Shown: piece after piece, positions 48,852 through 62,643 of the stretch
Numbering within the stretch: the stretch's first letter is position 1
Layout of the letters: each line of letters begins with the position of its first letter
NCBI GenBank assembly: GCA_003971905.1
Contig: RSEE01000003.1
Location: 1,240,001-1,304,000 of the forward strand
Length of the DNA stretch: 64,000 bases
Source: Moniliella sp. 'wahieum'
Lineage: Eukaryota
Reading direction: 5' to 3'
Translations under genes and position numbers: made by a program
Notes under the pieces: generated by a model
Told to the model about the DNA's origin: nothing
The model's database searches: none
What the model saw: the letters and a program-made list of their open reading frames with translations, nothing else

Positions 48852-51673
48852 TTATCCACGCGTTGGCATCAACATTTAGTTATTCCATTTCTCAGGATGC
48901 TACACGGTAGGAGGTGCCAGCGTGCTTCCGTTCTATTCGACCCCCCCCCCCCTGGCTGTACATGAGAGCTCCGGTGCCTCGAATCAAAACCTTTTGAAGT
49001 AGAGGTATAGTAGTAAGGAGGAACCCTTGCCCAAAAGACATGTTGATCACGGATGCAGAAGAGTTTGGGGACCACTTCGGGAGTCCGTCTCCCTGAATAT
49101 AGGAGGCTATATAGCTCTTATATGCCAGAAGATGTGACAATGTAATTGTGGTCACCAGAATGTGGACAAGCGACACCACACCCTACCGGCTTGCGCTCGA
49201 CGAAAAATCCAAAAAACTATGCATGGTTTCCACTCGGGTTTCAGTCTCGTTTCCTGACTCGGATCCGCTTTGCCCTTGATCCTCGCCTCGTCTCTCATTC
49301 GAGCCTCTTGTGATTGGTCCTCACTTTTCTCCTTGATCGTTCCCCTTTCGCTGTATGTAGACCTGTTGGCCTTTCCTTTTTTATTATTCCCCTTTCTTCT
49401 ATAAAACATCTGCCCAATGGTATAGCCTAAGTCGCCCACCCTTCTTTTCCTCTCACTCTTCTTCTAGGTGACTCCACTCTACAAGAACCACCTTTCGATC
49501 AGTCGTCTTTCTTCTATCGGAGCCCCGCTTGCTCGTCCGACCCCTAACGTGAAAACCTTCTCCTTGTAGACACTGCCTGGCTCTGTCCGACGAACAGTAA
49601 TGCACCAACATCTCTCCGGGTAGCATCCCATGCACTGTCCACACTTGACTCGTCACGTTTGTAACCTTTTTTTGGTACCTGGCATGCTCATCACTTCCAT
49701 GATCCCACAATTTGGACCGTTCTTCCTTTCCCTCCTATAATAGTGACTACGCGCATGAGACGAGGAGCGCACTCCTATTTCGGGGGTTCCCTTGACGCCG
49801 GAAAAAAGGACGGGACTTGGTCGGCCACGCATCCTTCTCCAGGATGTTCTTGCTGCCGTGCGTGTCGGGCTGACGATTGTGACTCTCCGAAGGTGAATCT
49901 CTATAGTGAATACTGTATCATCGACCGATAGAGCTTACAAAGAAAGGCTACGCCTCACCCGACCTCCCAAGGGAATCGCGCGCAGAGCAGGACCCTCTGA
50001 CCCTTCATCCGATCCACATATACCCAAGGCAGCGTGTGTGGCTACCAATGAACGTGGTGGGCACCTGAGCGGTGAACCATATCCATTGTGACTCGGTATT
50101 TTATTCTTTCCAGATCCCAAACATCTTGCTCGCCGTCTTGATGGCATAGTACTCTGGCGTCGTCGGAACCAAAGGAAGAAGGGTTCTTGGAGCGTCCCAG
50201 ATACTTGGCGTTCTTTTGTTGCATTCAGTTTGTTTTCCAACAGTATAAGCAGCCCTTTCTCTCTGGGGTGCCAATGGGCAGTGCGATCGTGTACCACCCC
50301 CGATACGCTACTTTTTGCTCTTGTGTTCCCGAGGAGTCTTTCGTGTGGACCACCTCTATTCCTGATCCTCCGAATGATCCAGGTCGATCACAAGGGTAAT
50401 ACTCCTCTTTCTCGGGATCATCGTGAAGCTTATGTAGGTTTGCTGAGGGCGATGAGGTACTGAGAACACTGCTGCGGTCCCTCGGCTTGACAGCTGATCG
50501 CGCTAGGCCCCTGCCCAATTGCCCACCGATGCATCCTTTATGCCTTGGACAAGTCCTACTCGAGTCATGTTCCGGGAAAAGGTAGTATTCGTGACAGCGT
50601 CCAGTTGTGGGGAATATCATGATGCAAACTCAACAAGTGAGCCAAACGCTGTGGAGAATATTCATCCATACATCAGGCGACGAGAGCTCCGAGACGCACT
50701 CTCTGTGCGCAACATTTTTTGAGCTGAGTATCGTATCGTACACATACAATCCATCCAGCTATTCGTTGACACATTGTAGCCAAATCTCTTGCCGAGAAGT
50801 CCGGCAGCCTGCATAAGATCCGCGACGAGATCGACCTGGCTGCGGAACAAGGAGATCAGAAGGAAAAAAAAACATCAGAGTTCCTAGCAGGTTGAGGAGG
50901 GACAGAAGGGACCTTGACCACACGTACGAGACCCACCCCGGTAGCTCAGCATCCCCCGGGCCAAAGGACCAAAGGAGACTTCTCCATATAGACAAACAAA
51001 ACGTTAAGAAAAGGGACAATGAAACCAGAATTTTAAACAAAGGGGAAAAGGGCCAAATAGAATTGCTGACGGTTTCAATGATGTCCCCATTTATACAGAG
51101 CATCCCGAAGAATACCATCTGCCTAGCTTGTGTTGCCAACACCGCTTGTTAGCTAGGCGCTGGCAGCACCTCTAACCGAAAAGGATATATTGCCCTGTCT
51201 CTTCGTTGTGTAATACCGTGCGATGCGGGAATGCCATCCCTCGTGCTGTGGCTCTGGCTCCAGCAGATGATGCATCACGTGATGCCGTGCGGCGAGGCGG
51301 AGATACGGTGTTGCACCGACCGTACCCTCACTCTGTCAGATCTCACCGCCTCCCCGAGACAGCATGAACGCATGCGTCGAGCGTGCGCACCGGCCACTGC
51401 CCCCGTGGCCGCCGCCCGTTGGAAGCTGCTCGAAGCGTGGCGGGCGGCGGCACCCCGGCACGGGGGCAGTGGCCTGGCCGCCACCCCGCCAGTGCTCTTC
51501 TGCCGCCGTTCGGGGCTTCCCGCACTCGGCCTTCGGCCACAGTCGATTGCACCCGCTCCTCCTTATTTCCTCCAGCGCACACGACAGCCACAGCCACCTC
51601 CGTGTCACCACCTCTACCACCACCACCACCACTCTCGCACCGCGTATACCCACACACACATCGCACTCCTATC

Positions 51674-52957
51674 ATGGTCAAGTGAGTATCCGCCCTCCCC
51701 CCTGTCTCCGCCTCCTGTGCGCGCAGCGCTGACCCGTGCTGCTCTCCAGGGAAACCAAACTCTACGACATGCTCGGTGTCGCGCCCGACGCTTCTGAGGC
51801 CGAGCTCAAGAAGGCCTACCGCAAAAAGGCCCTGTCGGCCCACCCGGACAAGGGCGGCGACCCGGAAGTGTTCAAGGAAATCACTTCCGCCTACGATGTC
51901 CTGTCCGATTCGGAGAAGCGCGACCTGTACGACCGCTTTGGTGAGGAGGGCCTCAAGGACGCGGCGGCATGGGCGGCATGGACCCCTCTGACCTGTTTTC
52001 TCAGCTCTTTGGCGGTCGTGGCGGCATGTTCGGTGCTGGGTCTGGCCGTCCGCAGGGCCCCGCAAGGGCAAGGACCTTGTGCACCGCATCAAGGTCTCGC
52101 TCGAGGAGCTGTACAATGGCAAAACGACCAAGCTTGCGCTGCAGAAGCATGTGATTTGCAAGGCTTGCAAAGGTTTGGGTGGCAAAGAGGGTGCGGTTAA
52201 GACTTGCTCCGGCTGCCATGGCCAGGGCGTCAAGTTTGTCATGCGCCAGATGGGTCCGATGATCCAGCAGCTTCAACAGACCTGCCCGACTGTGACGGCA
52301 CGGGAGAGATCATTGATCCCAAGAACAAGTGCAAGGTGTGCAATGGCAAGAAGGTGACGCCTGAGCGCAAGGTGCTTGAGGTTCGGATTGACAAGGGTAT
52401 GGAAGATGGTCAACAGATCACGTTCAAGGAGGAGGCCGACCAAGCCCCCAACACCATCCCTGGTGATGTGGTGATTGTGGTAGATGAAAAGCCTCACCCC
52501 CGCTTTAAGCGGAGGAAGAACGACCTGGTGACGGATGTGCAGATTGACCTCCTTACCGCTCTCGGTGGGGGGCAGGTCAACATCCCCCACCTCGACGACC
52601 ACGCGTTGGCGATTGAGATTCCGCGCGGCGAGGTGGTGAAGCCGGGGGAGACTAAGGTCCTGCGTGGACAGGGTATGCCCTCTTATCGACACCACGAGAT
52701 GGGCGACTTGTACGTCAACGTGTCTGTCACGTTCCCCGACTCGATCCCGGAGGACAAGATTGCCTTCTTGGAGAAGGCGCTGCCGCCTCGCAGCGCGCGC
52801 GGAGAATGTGGGCAAAGACGTTGATCTCGAGCCTGTCGTGATGGAGGACATGGACGAGCGCGAAGAACGCAACGCGCGGCAACCAATGGCGATGTGGATA
52901 TGGACGGACGAGGATGAGGATGGGGCTGGGCCGCAGGTTCAGTGTGCCCAATCTTAA
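51674..52957 (+). CDS. YDJ1: Type I Hsp40/DnaJ chaperone with a CAAX box
   Basis: [21 protein letters not shown] region, CxxCxGxG zinc fingers and C-terminal VQCAQS*. Confidence 0.95.
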
Positions 52958-53352
52958 GTCCTCCCCCGGACCTGATTTGCCCTCTATTGTAGCCCTTTCC
53001 CCTTTATCCCTAACTCACAACGGGCGATGTCTATTCTTGGGATCTCGTGGCTCCATTGCCTCCGTCCTTCCAATCCCTTTCAATCCGGATCTGCCCCCAC
53101 CTCCCTTCAATCCCCTTGTATGCACCTTCCCAGTTTCTGTACTCTTGGCATGTGACCACCCGACGGACAATGACTAGCATCGCCCCTTCTCACTCGGCAA
53201 CGAGGACGTAGTATACTTCTAGAACAGGATAGAACATGAAGCTCACGGCAAAGTGGATCATATTGCTTGGGCCGGGGGGGTGAGCAGAGATCAGCCCGAC
53301 GCGGGAGGGGGAAGCTACCCGATGGATCACATAGGGCGCGTGCCACACCCTC

Positions 53353-53820
53353 TCACACCCCAAGGATCGTGTTTATCCTCGGTCGAATGCTTCGATCCGG
53401 ATCGGCATCTCGGGCGTGTAGAACGGGTTGCGCATCACTGTATCCGCATACGCTTCGTAGCATCCTTGAAGCAGCGTCGGCGGCGGCTGGTGCAGCACGG
53501 GCACCGGCACCGCATCCGCCCCGGGCCGCGGGGTGAGAATGACAAACTTGACGCCCGTCGGGGTCGCCAGCAGGGCCAAATCAAAGTCCGACGCTTGGAG
53601 TTGGGTCATGCCCCCGTCCCCGCCTGTCGCAGCAGCAGCAGCGTGTGTGGCGTGCGCCTTCTGCGCCGCCGCTTCGTCCGGCGCCAGGACGCGCCGTGAT
53701 GGCGTGCACGCCATGCAATGTGCCAGCCAAGACGAGGGCGTCGTTGGACGACAGGTGCGGCTGCGGCCCCACCAGAGTAGATCAGCCCACCGGCCTTGTT
53801 GATGATCCAGGTGTTGCCAT
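53353..53820 (-). CDS. TRS23: TRAPP complex subunit Trs23 (sybindin-like)
   Basis: WIINKAGGLIY, LSSNDALVLAGTLHGVHAIT, TPTGVKFV and YEAYADTVMRNPFYTPEMPIR. Confidence 0.92.
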
Positions 53821-54002
53821 GGCGCAGCGGGGGAAGGAGAAATGGTGTGGTGGCGGGGCAGGCAGACGGGCTGGGGCTGTGTGGTGGAGTGGAGTGGAGG
53901 CGGCGGCGACGGGCCAAGCCAAGGCTACAACGTGGCAATGGGTCGCAGAACGAATGCGTAAGCGTCTATTGTTAAGTACACCGGAAGACCCTCAGTCACT
54001 TC

Positions 54003-54086
54003 GGGTACGTGTGTAGTGGTATCATGCTTCCTTTGGGTATAGCTCCCACCATGGAAGAGGTCCTCGGTTCAATCCGGGCGTACCCT
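54003..54086 (+). tRNA. tRNA-Pro(TGG) with a short intron
   Basis: Acceptor GGGTACG/CGTACCC, anticodon stem CTTCC/GGAAG with TT-TGG-G, T loop GGTTCAATCC and a downstream T-run. Confidence 0.88.
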
Positions 54087-54359
54087 CCTTTTTTTGTTGT
54101 TTTCCCGAGTGCGCCATTGGAACCACACCAGGGCTTGCGCAGTTACAGCCATTGCGCCCGCTGTGGTTACTAATTGCTCACGCGAGCCCTCAGGGTTGGA
54201 GATGGAATGGGACCTGGGCAGATTCAATGGGCTACGTATGCTGTGGGCGAGGGGATGCCGGTGGAGGGGACAATAAGGGGAGAAGGGGTGTCGTCGCCAT
54301 AGTATACATGTGGCAAGGGGGTGCTGCCGTGAGGCAGGGGAGGGAGATAGGAGGTGGGG

Positions 54360-57082
54360 ATATATAGCGGCTACAGGCTGCGCCCATGTCACGCAGGACG
54401 GCGCGCTGCTTCTGGAGCTGCATCGGGAAGCCGTGGAAGGCCATGGTGAACGTGCCTCCGCCCCGCGCTGAGGGCGCGCAGGCGCGACGAGTACGCCACC
54501 AGGTTGCTTAGCGGCGCCCGCGCCAGAATCACCGACTTGTCGCCCGATTGCGACAGCGTATCCCCGGCCGCAAGCGACGTGTGGATGAGCTCGGGGGGCA
54601 GGTAGACCTGGTCCAGCGCCTTGGCCGTCCCCACCGCCCCGTCACCCGCAACCTGGGCAATGTCGACCACTTCGCCCTGCTGCGCGCCCGTCAGGTCGCC
54701 CACCACTGCCCCACCGCCCCCGAGGGCAGCGCGACGGTGACGTCCATGTAGGGCTCGAGCAGGACCGGCTCGCCCTTCTGCAGAGCAGAGCGGATGGCAC
54801 GGCTGACACACGCCTGCAGCGCAGCTGGCGGTGTCATTTCTTCCCCAAACGTCTCGACGCTGTGCACACGCACCTTGACCTTCACCACCGCACTCCCACT
54901 CAGCGGCCCACGCAGCAGAGCCGCACGCACCCCGCCCGAAGCGCACGCTCGACCCGTGCCACAGGTGAATCAGCGTCCAGCTCATCGGTTTCGTCCGCGG
55001 GGTCTTCGCTGGTCTCGGTCAAGTTGGCATCAGTAAGATCAACCTCCACCACGTTTTCCCTGCGGGCCGCGGCGGCGGCCGTGGCCTCGTCTACGTCCTC
55101 GGGTTCAGGCAGCGGTTCAATCTCCACCACACACGCCGCCTTCATGGGACGCCCGCCGATCGGACGGTCGAGAAGCTGAGCCTGCTGGACCGGCTGCTGG
55201 ATCGTCTCACGGTACGAAACGCGAATGTCACCCAACGAAGCACGTGCCTTGAACTCGTCGCGTAACCTGCCCCTGGCAATGTCCAGGTGCAGTTCGCCCA
55301 TGCCACTCAGGGTCGACTGGCCACTGCCCGCACCGTCGCCCGAGATGGACTGATCATCGAGCCTGAGGGAAGGATCGGTCCGTACCAACATGGCCAAGGC
55401 CGTCTGCAAGTCCTTTTCATCCGCCTTGCCACGCGGTGCAATCGACATGCTAAACACGGGCGGCGGGATGGTGATCCGGGGCAGCTCAAGCTACGCAGCG
55501 CCATCGGAGGCGCTTGGGCGTGGGACTTCTTGGATCCTTTGACCGCCAGCGCTTGTTTCTCATCAATCAATGTGTCTCCCGTCGCTGTCTCCGACAGGCC
55601 GACCACCACACCAATTTGACCGGCTTGCAACGAATTCACTTCCACGTAGGCATCGCATAGGGAAGGAAGATCTTGGACATGCGTTCGCGTGTCTGGGTAC
55701 GGGTGTTGAAGAGGGTGCTGGACGACAGCAGCGTGCCACTGTACACGCGCACAAACGTTTGCACACCCATCTGCGGGGTCCAAACCACCTTGAATGCCAA
55801 CAGGCTGAGATAGGGATCGGTACGGGCGACAACGAATGACTCCCGGGCAGGAGGTTGGGCCGCCACCGCATTTCGTGCAGCGCGTTTCTCTTTGGCTGAC
55901 TTGGGCGCCTCGAGCAGCGGAAGGCCCGTTGCCTGCACGGGGGGACGGTCGGTGGGAGAAGGAAGAAAGTCGGCAATACCATCCAACAAGGGCTGGATGC
56001 CAATGTTGCGAGCACCCGAGCCACAAAAAACGGGAACAATGCTGCCGGCCAACACTTGGCGCCGAATGGCCCGGCGTAGGCTCGGCTCCGACACCCATGC
56101 TGTCCATCTCATCTGCCATAAGCATTTCCTCCAGCAACTTCATCCACCCCAGCCACCGTTTCGACCAGCGCAGCGCGCGCCTCGGATGCCGACGCATACG
56201 CCACGTCGTCCTTGTGCAGCGGCGCACGGCTTACCACCTCCCCAGCCGGTCCAGCGAACGTCAACCGTTCCATCCGCATCACATCCACCACTCCCGTCAG
56301 CGAGACATCCATGCCGGTCGTGGTATAATCAGGGAGGATGAGGACAACCGGTCGTGGGTGAAGGCCTTTGGCCACAAAGGAGATGAGGCTGCGCCGCAAC
56401 GAGCTACCGGGACGATCGAGCTTGTTGACAAAGAGCAGGTGGGACTTGACCCCGTACCGTTGCGCTTGCGCCCACACGCCTTCCGTTTGTGCCTCGGCGC
56501 CCTCGACACCATCGAGGATGACCACTGAGCCATCCACCACCCGCACCGCGCGCTCCACCTCAATGGTAAAATCAATGTGGCCCGGGGTGTCGACGAGACT
56601 GATCGCGGCGCGGCCGCCGCCTTCTCGCGACCAAAAGACCGGACCCACGGCAGCGCTTTGGATGGTGATGCCCCTTTCGCGCTCGGCCTCGAGGAAATCG
56701 GTAATGGTGCTGCCCTTGTCCACGTCGCCGGGGCGCCAGCGGCGGAGATGGCGCCCATGGGGCGCTGGTCAAGTGCAAGATGCGTTCGGTGCACGTCGTT
56801 TTGCCAGCATCAATGTGGCTATGATGCTAATGTTGCGAATCTCGTCGGGCTTTTCGATGCAGCTTGCGGTCGGCACGGCCTGGGGGGGCGGACGTGGTGA
56901 GGGGCGCGGAGGGCGACAGGGACAGGGACAGAGACGGCGGGGCGCTGGGCACGGCAGGGGCGAGGGCGGAAGGGCGAGCACGCGCGGAGCGATGGTGGTG
57001 GCGAGGTCGGCGGCGGGGCCAGTGGGGGCCCCGCATGGCGGCGGAGGCTCACGCGGGCGGGCAGGCGCGGGAGGATGCGCAT
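54360..57082 (-). CDS. MEF2: Mitochondrial ribosome-releasing factor 2 (EF-G2)
   Basis: IRNISIIA.IDAGKTT, TITDFLEAERERGITIQSAA, DTPGHIDF, FVNKLDR, SGMGELHLDI and VLLEPYM. Confidence 0.88.
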
Positions 57083-57269
57083 GGAAGGCAGAGACGGAAG
57101 GTGGGCTACTTGGTAAACAACACATCCGTTCTTCCTGCGGCGGAAGAGGCAGCCAGAACAAGCCGGCTTCAACTTTGAAACCAGCCGCCGCGACCCCATC
57201 AGCATCAACACCAACCCCATCAACATCATCCCCATCGACCCCACCCACACCTCGCCGCGCTTGGCTGCC

Positions 57270-58981
57270 ATGGCGGCTGCCCCTCCCAGCCAGAGGCCCA
57301 CCCCCTCCGGACCCGCTGGACGGCCTCCGCGCCCAGGCACTCGCGCCCGGCGGCTTGGAAGGCTCCGACTTCTTCTCCGCCGCGCGCGCGCCGCCGCGCA
57401 TGGCTGCGTTTGCTCCACCTCCCTGGCCCTACTACCGCCTCCCCCATCGAACTGGCCCCGATAGCCCCGGACCCAAGAGCCCCGGCCGCGTCAGCCCGGA
57501 ACCTTCAGTGACGGTGCGAGACACAGACTCCTCGTCCGCCAGCGCGCCCCCTCCGTCTGTTCAGCGTCCTCGGCGGATGGCCCGCGCGACGGCCGCTGTG
57601 GCTCCCTGCCCTCTCACGCCGACGAGCGGCAAGTTCGACTCGACGTTCGCCGCAGTTTTGTATCGGGCTGGATCAGCGATGCCGATCGTCCCGCACGGCG
57701 GGGGCAGCTGTACGAAGTCGTGGTCTGCACCCTGCGTTCCTACCCGGCGCTGGCGTACTACCAAGGCTACCACGACCTCGTCTCTGTCGTGCTCCTGACC
57801 GTGGCGCCCGAACTGGACCAGGCGTACTGTGCCGAGCCCGACATTGAGTGGGAGAACCAGTCTGCCGCTGGTCTTCCCCCGACGAGGCGCGGATGGCCAA
57901 GGCAGTCACTGCACGCATCACACTTCATATCCTGCGCGACCACTTGGCCACCACGTTACCCCCACCATGGCCCACCTCCAGCTGCTCACGCGTGCGGTCC
58001 AAACGCAGCCTGCGCTGAGCACCATCGAGCTGGCCGAGGGTGCCGGGCCGGTGTTTGCCCTGTCCTGGCTGCTGACCTGCTTTGCCCATGACTTGGACTT
58101 GGCTTCGTCCCAGCGCGTCTTGGATGGCGTGTTGGCCTACGGCCCTTCCTTTGTTGTGTGGCTGGCGGTGCAGATGCTTTTGTGTCGCTCTGTCGCAGCT
58201 GGAGGAGACGGAGACTCCGGCCGACTGGGCCGCCTGGCATGCTGCGCTCCAACAGCTTCCTCGCGTTGTCCCCGACTGGGGCGGAACCGATACAGTGACA
58301 CTGACACGGAGGAGCAAGCCGCCCTGTCTCCCACCCGCTCCGTTTCGCTCGACTCGTTTACCTCGTCGCTCAGGGACAGCCCTGCCTCGAGCCCAGGACG
58401 AAGACGGAACCTAGCACGTGCGCTGGTCGCCAAACCTTCCTCTCTCGCCTTGATCCAGTGGAGCGACCCGGCCGAATCCTTCGAAGACCCCGATGTCACC
58501 CTGCCCGACGAGACCTTACATCGACTCGCTTGCGTCGGCACTCGCTCTGCGCCCGTCTCCTCGACCGCTGTCGCAGCCCCGCCACGCCACCGCCTCAGTC
58601 GCGCTGAGCCGTCCTTCACGCCGCCCGCGACCTGCAGTTGCGCCACCAACCTGCGCTGCAAATTGAAGCCACCATGGGCGCAGCCAGCGTGCTCGTCAGC
58701 TGGGACCACACCCTCGGCCCCACAGCCCCGGCACAGGAGTGGCCCCAGACCGACCAAACCGCTCTCGAGCATCTCCGCCTTCTCCCGCACACGCTCACCC
58801 GCCTTGTGCCCCCTCCTTCGCCTCCCCCCTCTCCCCCTCCTCCGCCCTCTTGCCGTTGACCAAGACCTCCCGCCTACAGCTCCCGTTCCAGGGAGAGTAC
58901 CTGATGGCAGCAGCCTTGGTCGCCCTGGTCGCGCTTCTGGTCCGCCTGGTCTGGTGGCGGTTCCCTACCCTGTGGATTTAG
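57270..58981 (+). CDS. GYP8: TBC-domain Rab GTPase-activating protein (Gyp8/TBC1D20-like) with a C-terminal TM anchor
   Basis: DERQVRLDVRRSF, LAYYQGYHDLVSV, FALSWLLTCFAHD and a hydrophobic tail AAALVALVALLV. Confidence 0.82.
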
Positions 58982-59197
58982 ATGATACCCCCGCCCCGCT
59001 CCATGATCCTATCCATAATCTTATATCGCGTTCAGAGAAAGAGAGTGCAGAACTAAGTGCATTGCATGAAAGACGTCCCCCGGCCCAAAAAAAGGAAGGA
59101 AAAAAGTAGAAAGGCGAGGGGACGGGTATGGCACAGGAACACGAGACACGAGACACGTAGCACAACCAAGCAGCCTCTGCGTACGCCTCGCGTACGC

Positions 59198-61188
59198 CTA
59201 CGCCTTTGCTTTCCGCCGCCCGAGCAAGGTGGCCTTGCCCAAGCTCAACTCAAACGGTCCAGACTCGTGGTCGTCGAGGTTGAGCCGAGCAAATCGGTCA
59301 ACGCCCACGTCTTCCTTTGCGCTCGTAGGTTCCACTGGATGCGTGGAGTGCGTGGATCGGGGTCGGGTTCGGTCGTAGTTTGGCCTGGGCCTGAGTTGGG
59401 CTCCAGCGTTCGTAGTGGTCGGGTCGGTGGAACCCTTGCGCGTTGGCTCGACGGCATCTGAATCTTCCAACACATTCTCTTCCTCCTCCTCTTCATTTTC
59501 CTCGTTCAGCCCAAGCAGCGCCATGTCTTGCGTGTGCATAGCCCAAGGATTTCCGATGCGCCGCCTCCTCCTCAGCTCGGTGGCAGCGCATAGGACACAT
59601 CGAACGCCTCTCTCAATTGCGTCAGACCCGGACTGGGCAACGCCCGCCGCGGCCCTCGCGTGGCGGCGAGCAAAGGCGAGCCAGCCCGCTTCTTGGTCTC
59701 GCTCGGCAGGAATGGAAGGTGTGATACTGCGCACCGAACGATGGACGGCGCAGGCGAGCGGCCGAGTACGTCGATACCGCCGGACTCTTACTCAGGCGTT
59801 CCCAATTCGTCGACGCGCGTTGCCCGGCGCTCGGTTGCACCACGGATGGGCAAGAAACTCGTCAATGGTGTAGCGTTCTTGGGATCCACAGTGAGCAGGT
59901 GCTGAACCAATCTTTGGCTTCCTCCGACACCTCGTCCACCCGGCGACAGGAACTCATACTCGCCTTGGCCACCTTGCGCATAAGGGGGGTGCTTCGTCGA
60001 AAAGGGTGGGAAGCCACAGAGAAGCGTGTACAGCACACATCCCAGGCCCACATGTCACACTCTTGCTGTACCGCTGGTCCCGCACAATTTCCGGCGCCGT
60101 GTACCCGGCAGTGCCACAGGGCGTGGCGGAAACTGTTCCCAACCACCTTGCTCAATCCAAAATCGGCCAACTTGACCCGCCCAATCCCGACCCCCCAACG
60201 CCATCGGTAAACACCCCTTCGTCCGCCTTGCCATCGTCGTACGGACGTGCAGCACGCTGTGTGCCAACCAGACGGATCGGTCGGGGTAAAGGCAATCTCG
60301 TCAAACAGCAGATTCTCGGGCTTAATATCGCGGTGGACCACCCCCTTTCTTCGTGCAGATAGCGGATGGCATGGGCGACTGGGTGATGACGTGGCGAGAG
60401 AGCGTTCGGAGAGGTAGGTAAGCGCCGCAATCCGTTCAAACAGCTCGCCGCCATTCGCCCACTCGAGAATGAGAAAGTAATACTCTTTGCTTTCGCCAAA
60501 TCCAGCAGACGGATGATGCTGGGGTGCCGCAGTTGCGCATGATCTGCACCTCTTTTCAGTACCGACGCGCGCTGCGGCGGCGTGAGCTCAAACTTGCGCC
60601 ACAGCCTTGACCGCCACATCCGCCCCGCTGCGCCGGTCCCGCGCATGGTACACATTGCTAAACGCCCCCTCGCCCAGCTTGGACGAAGAATGTAGTTGAC
60701 CATGCAGGCTGCAGTGAACTTGGGCAGGTTGCGCGCCGCCGACAGACGCTCGTCCTGGACCAGCTTCTCGGCTAGCTCGCGGTGGCCCGGACCAGCAGGT
60801 TGGCGGGAATGCTCCAGCTTGCCATTGTCGACGCGCGACACGCGGGACGAGAGGGTGGAGATGGAGGTGCGCTTGGGATCGCGCTTCTCCTCTGTCGAGG
60901 GCAGCACCGCACCGGCGGGCAGGAGGTGTGGGGGGCGCGGGGCATCGGTCGAACGCGACTCGGGGAGCGAGTTGACAGCAGAGAGGAGCGAGCGTGGCCG
61001 ACACTGCCGCGGCTGCCGCGCGTGCGGCGGACGGCGGACGAGAGTTTTGGGGATGGAGGAGTGGCGGCGGGTGCGGGGCTCGGGATGGGGGTCGCCGGGA
61101 GGAAGTTCGTCGCCGCTGTCGTCGCTGTCGCGAGGGCGCTCTCGTCGCGGCGGGCGTTGCGGAGGGCAAGCTTGAGGCCGCCGAGCAT
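59198..61188 (-). CDS. RCK2: CAMK-family MAPK-activated Ser/Thr kinase (Rck2/Srk1-like)
   Basis: KLGEGAFSNVY, VHRDIKPENLLF, GIGRVKLADFGLSK, TPCGTAGYTAPEIV, LGCVLYTLLCGFPPF and C-terminal FELSLGKATLLGRR. Confidence 0.88.
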
Positions 61189-61599
61189 GCTGGCGATGGG
61201 TGGGGTGGGGTGGAGGAAGAGGGGGGAGTGGGTGGGGCGCAGGGGAGCAGGGGAGCAGGAGCGCAGCCAGCCTGCCGTCGCCGACGCGACCGGTCGCAGC
61301 GCTGCGCTTCGCCAGCCAGGGTGACGTCACACACGGGCGCCGTGCGGCCGCTGGCGCCGCCCTGCACCCGGCGGCTCCCCCGCGGCCCAGCACCGCACTC
61401 GGCCGCTGGGCTACGGTGGACCGTCCCACCGCCCATGTCCGGCGTGTGACGTACTGGCGACCGCTTGTAGCTGTAACGTGATGTGTATCGATGCGGGGTG
61501 GCCGGTCAGGTGACCAGCGGCCGGACTAGCTGCGGTGCAGGCGGTGAAACGGGGCTGGGTTATGGGCTGCACAGCGCAGAGACTGGATCGCGAGAGGAT

Positions 61600-62643
61600 A
61601 GGATAGCTGGATATAGACGAGCAGAAGCGGCCGTCTCGCGCTTCGTGGCAGCATCGGTCCGGACCACGGAGCGCATCGCAGCAAAATCCTAGGATCCTCT
61701 TCCTGACCTGATGGATCTGAGTCGGAATCAGATGCAACTGGCTTTTGGCTGGGGGGGAGCAAACCGTGAGGCGTGAGTGGGCGCAAGTGGCACGGGCCCT
61801 TCCTCCATCTCAGACTCGTGGGTGGCAACGGCAAGGGTGAACGTCGTGTCCATTCCCCCCTGGGTTAATTGATGGTGGTGCGGATAAAGGCCAGGAACCC
61901 CACAGCGAGTATATGCGACAGGCGGCGTAGCCGAGATGGAGGTTGCATCCAGCGGAGTCACCGTCTTGTACAGGCGTTCTCTCCGCTCGATTCAGGTGGA
62001 GGAGGTAAAGATGAGGTCAATCAGCCCCCCACAATAAAGAAATCTCGTCACCGACCTACACAGTACATCTCGCCGCCGGAAACGGAGTGGGTGCCACCCT
62101 CTCTTCGTTGCAGAAGAAGCTGGCGCAGATTGGCGCCAGTGTAGCAGAGCGAGGTAGGTCGGAGCCATTGTCGCTCATCCGCAGTGCCGTGTCGTGGGGG
62201 CATCGGTTTGAAACAGGTGCAAACCTTCTTTCTGATGGTTCTCCTTGTTCCCCTGCTGCAGGGCAGGGATGCCAATCAGCAGCGAGTACGAATCCACCAT
62301 CTCTAGCAAGCGGGCCAACAGCGCCACACATTCCGTCACAACTGCGCACGAACGCGTCCCGCTTGCCCTCGGGCCACAAATCTTCCTTGCTCATTAAACT
62401 CAAAATGGTGGTGCAGGGCAAGGGTAGGTGCAGATTCACCACCTCCCCCCCGTCGTCTCCTCCAACACACACCCCGCTCTGTGGCGGCAGAGTCAGGGTG
62501 TGATGAATCCGCGCCAGCTGCGCAGAATCGGAGACATCGTCCTCGACCGATGTCGAGCTGGCCGTCGGCTGGTGCGGGTCAGATCGGGCGGGGAGCGTGA
62601 CGAATGGCCACTGGCAGATAAGGCGCACTAGCGGCGCACTCAT
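61600..62643 (-). CDS. Hypothetical protein (frameshifted); 3' end uncertain
   Basis: 195-aa ATG-initiated ORF MSAPLVRLICQWPF... with further coding-like minus-strand ORFs downstream. No recognised motif. Confidence 0.35.

Noticed and set aside
48479..48910. ORFs of ERRG/LLSSP repeats
   Set aside because: Translations of the GGAGA microsatellite.
48892..49179. VINMSFG resembling a subtilisin motif
   Set aside because: No catalytic DTG, HGT or GTSMA motifs seen nearby.
56368..57798. 476-aa + strand ORF
   Set aside because: Mostly the antisense shadow of MEF2 in GC-rich DNA; only the distal part overlaps the Rab-GAP gene.
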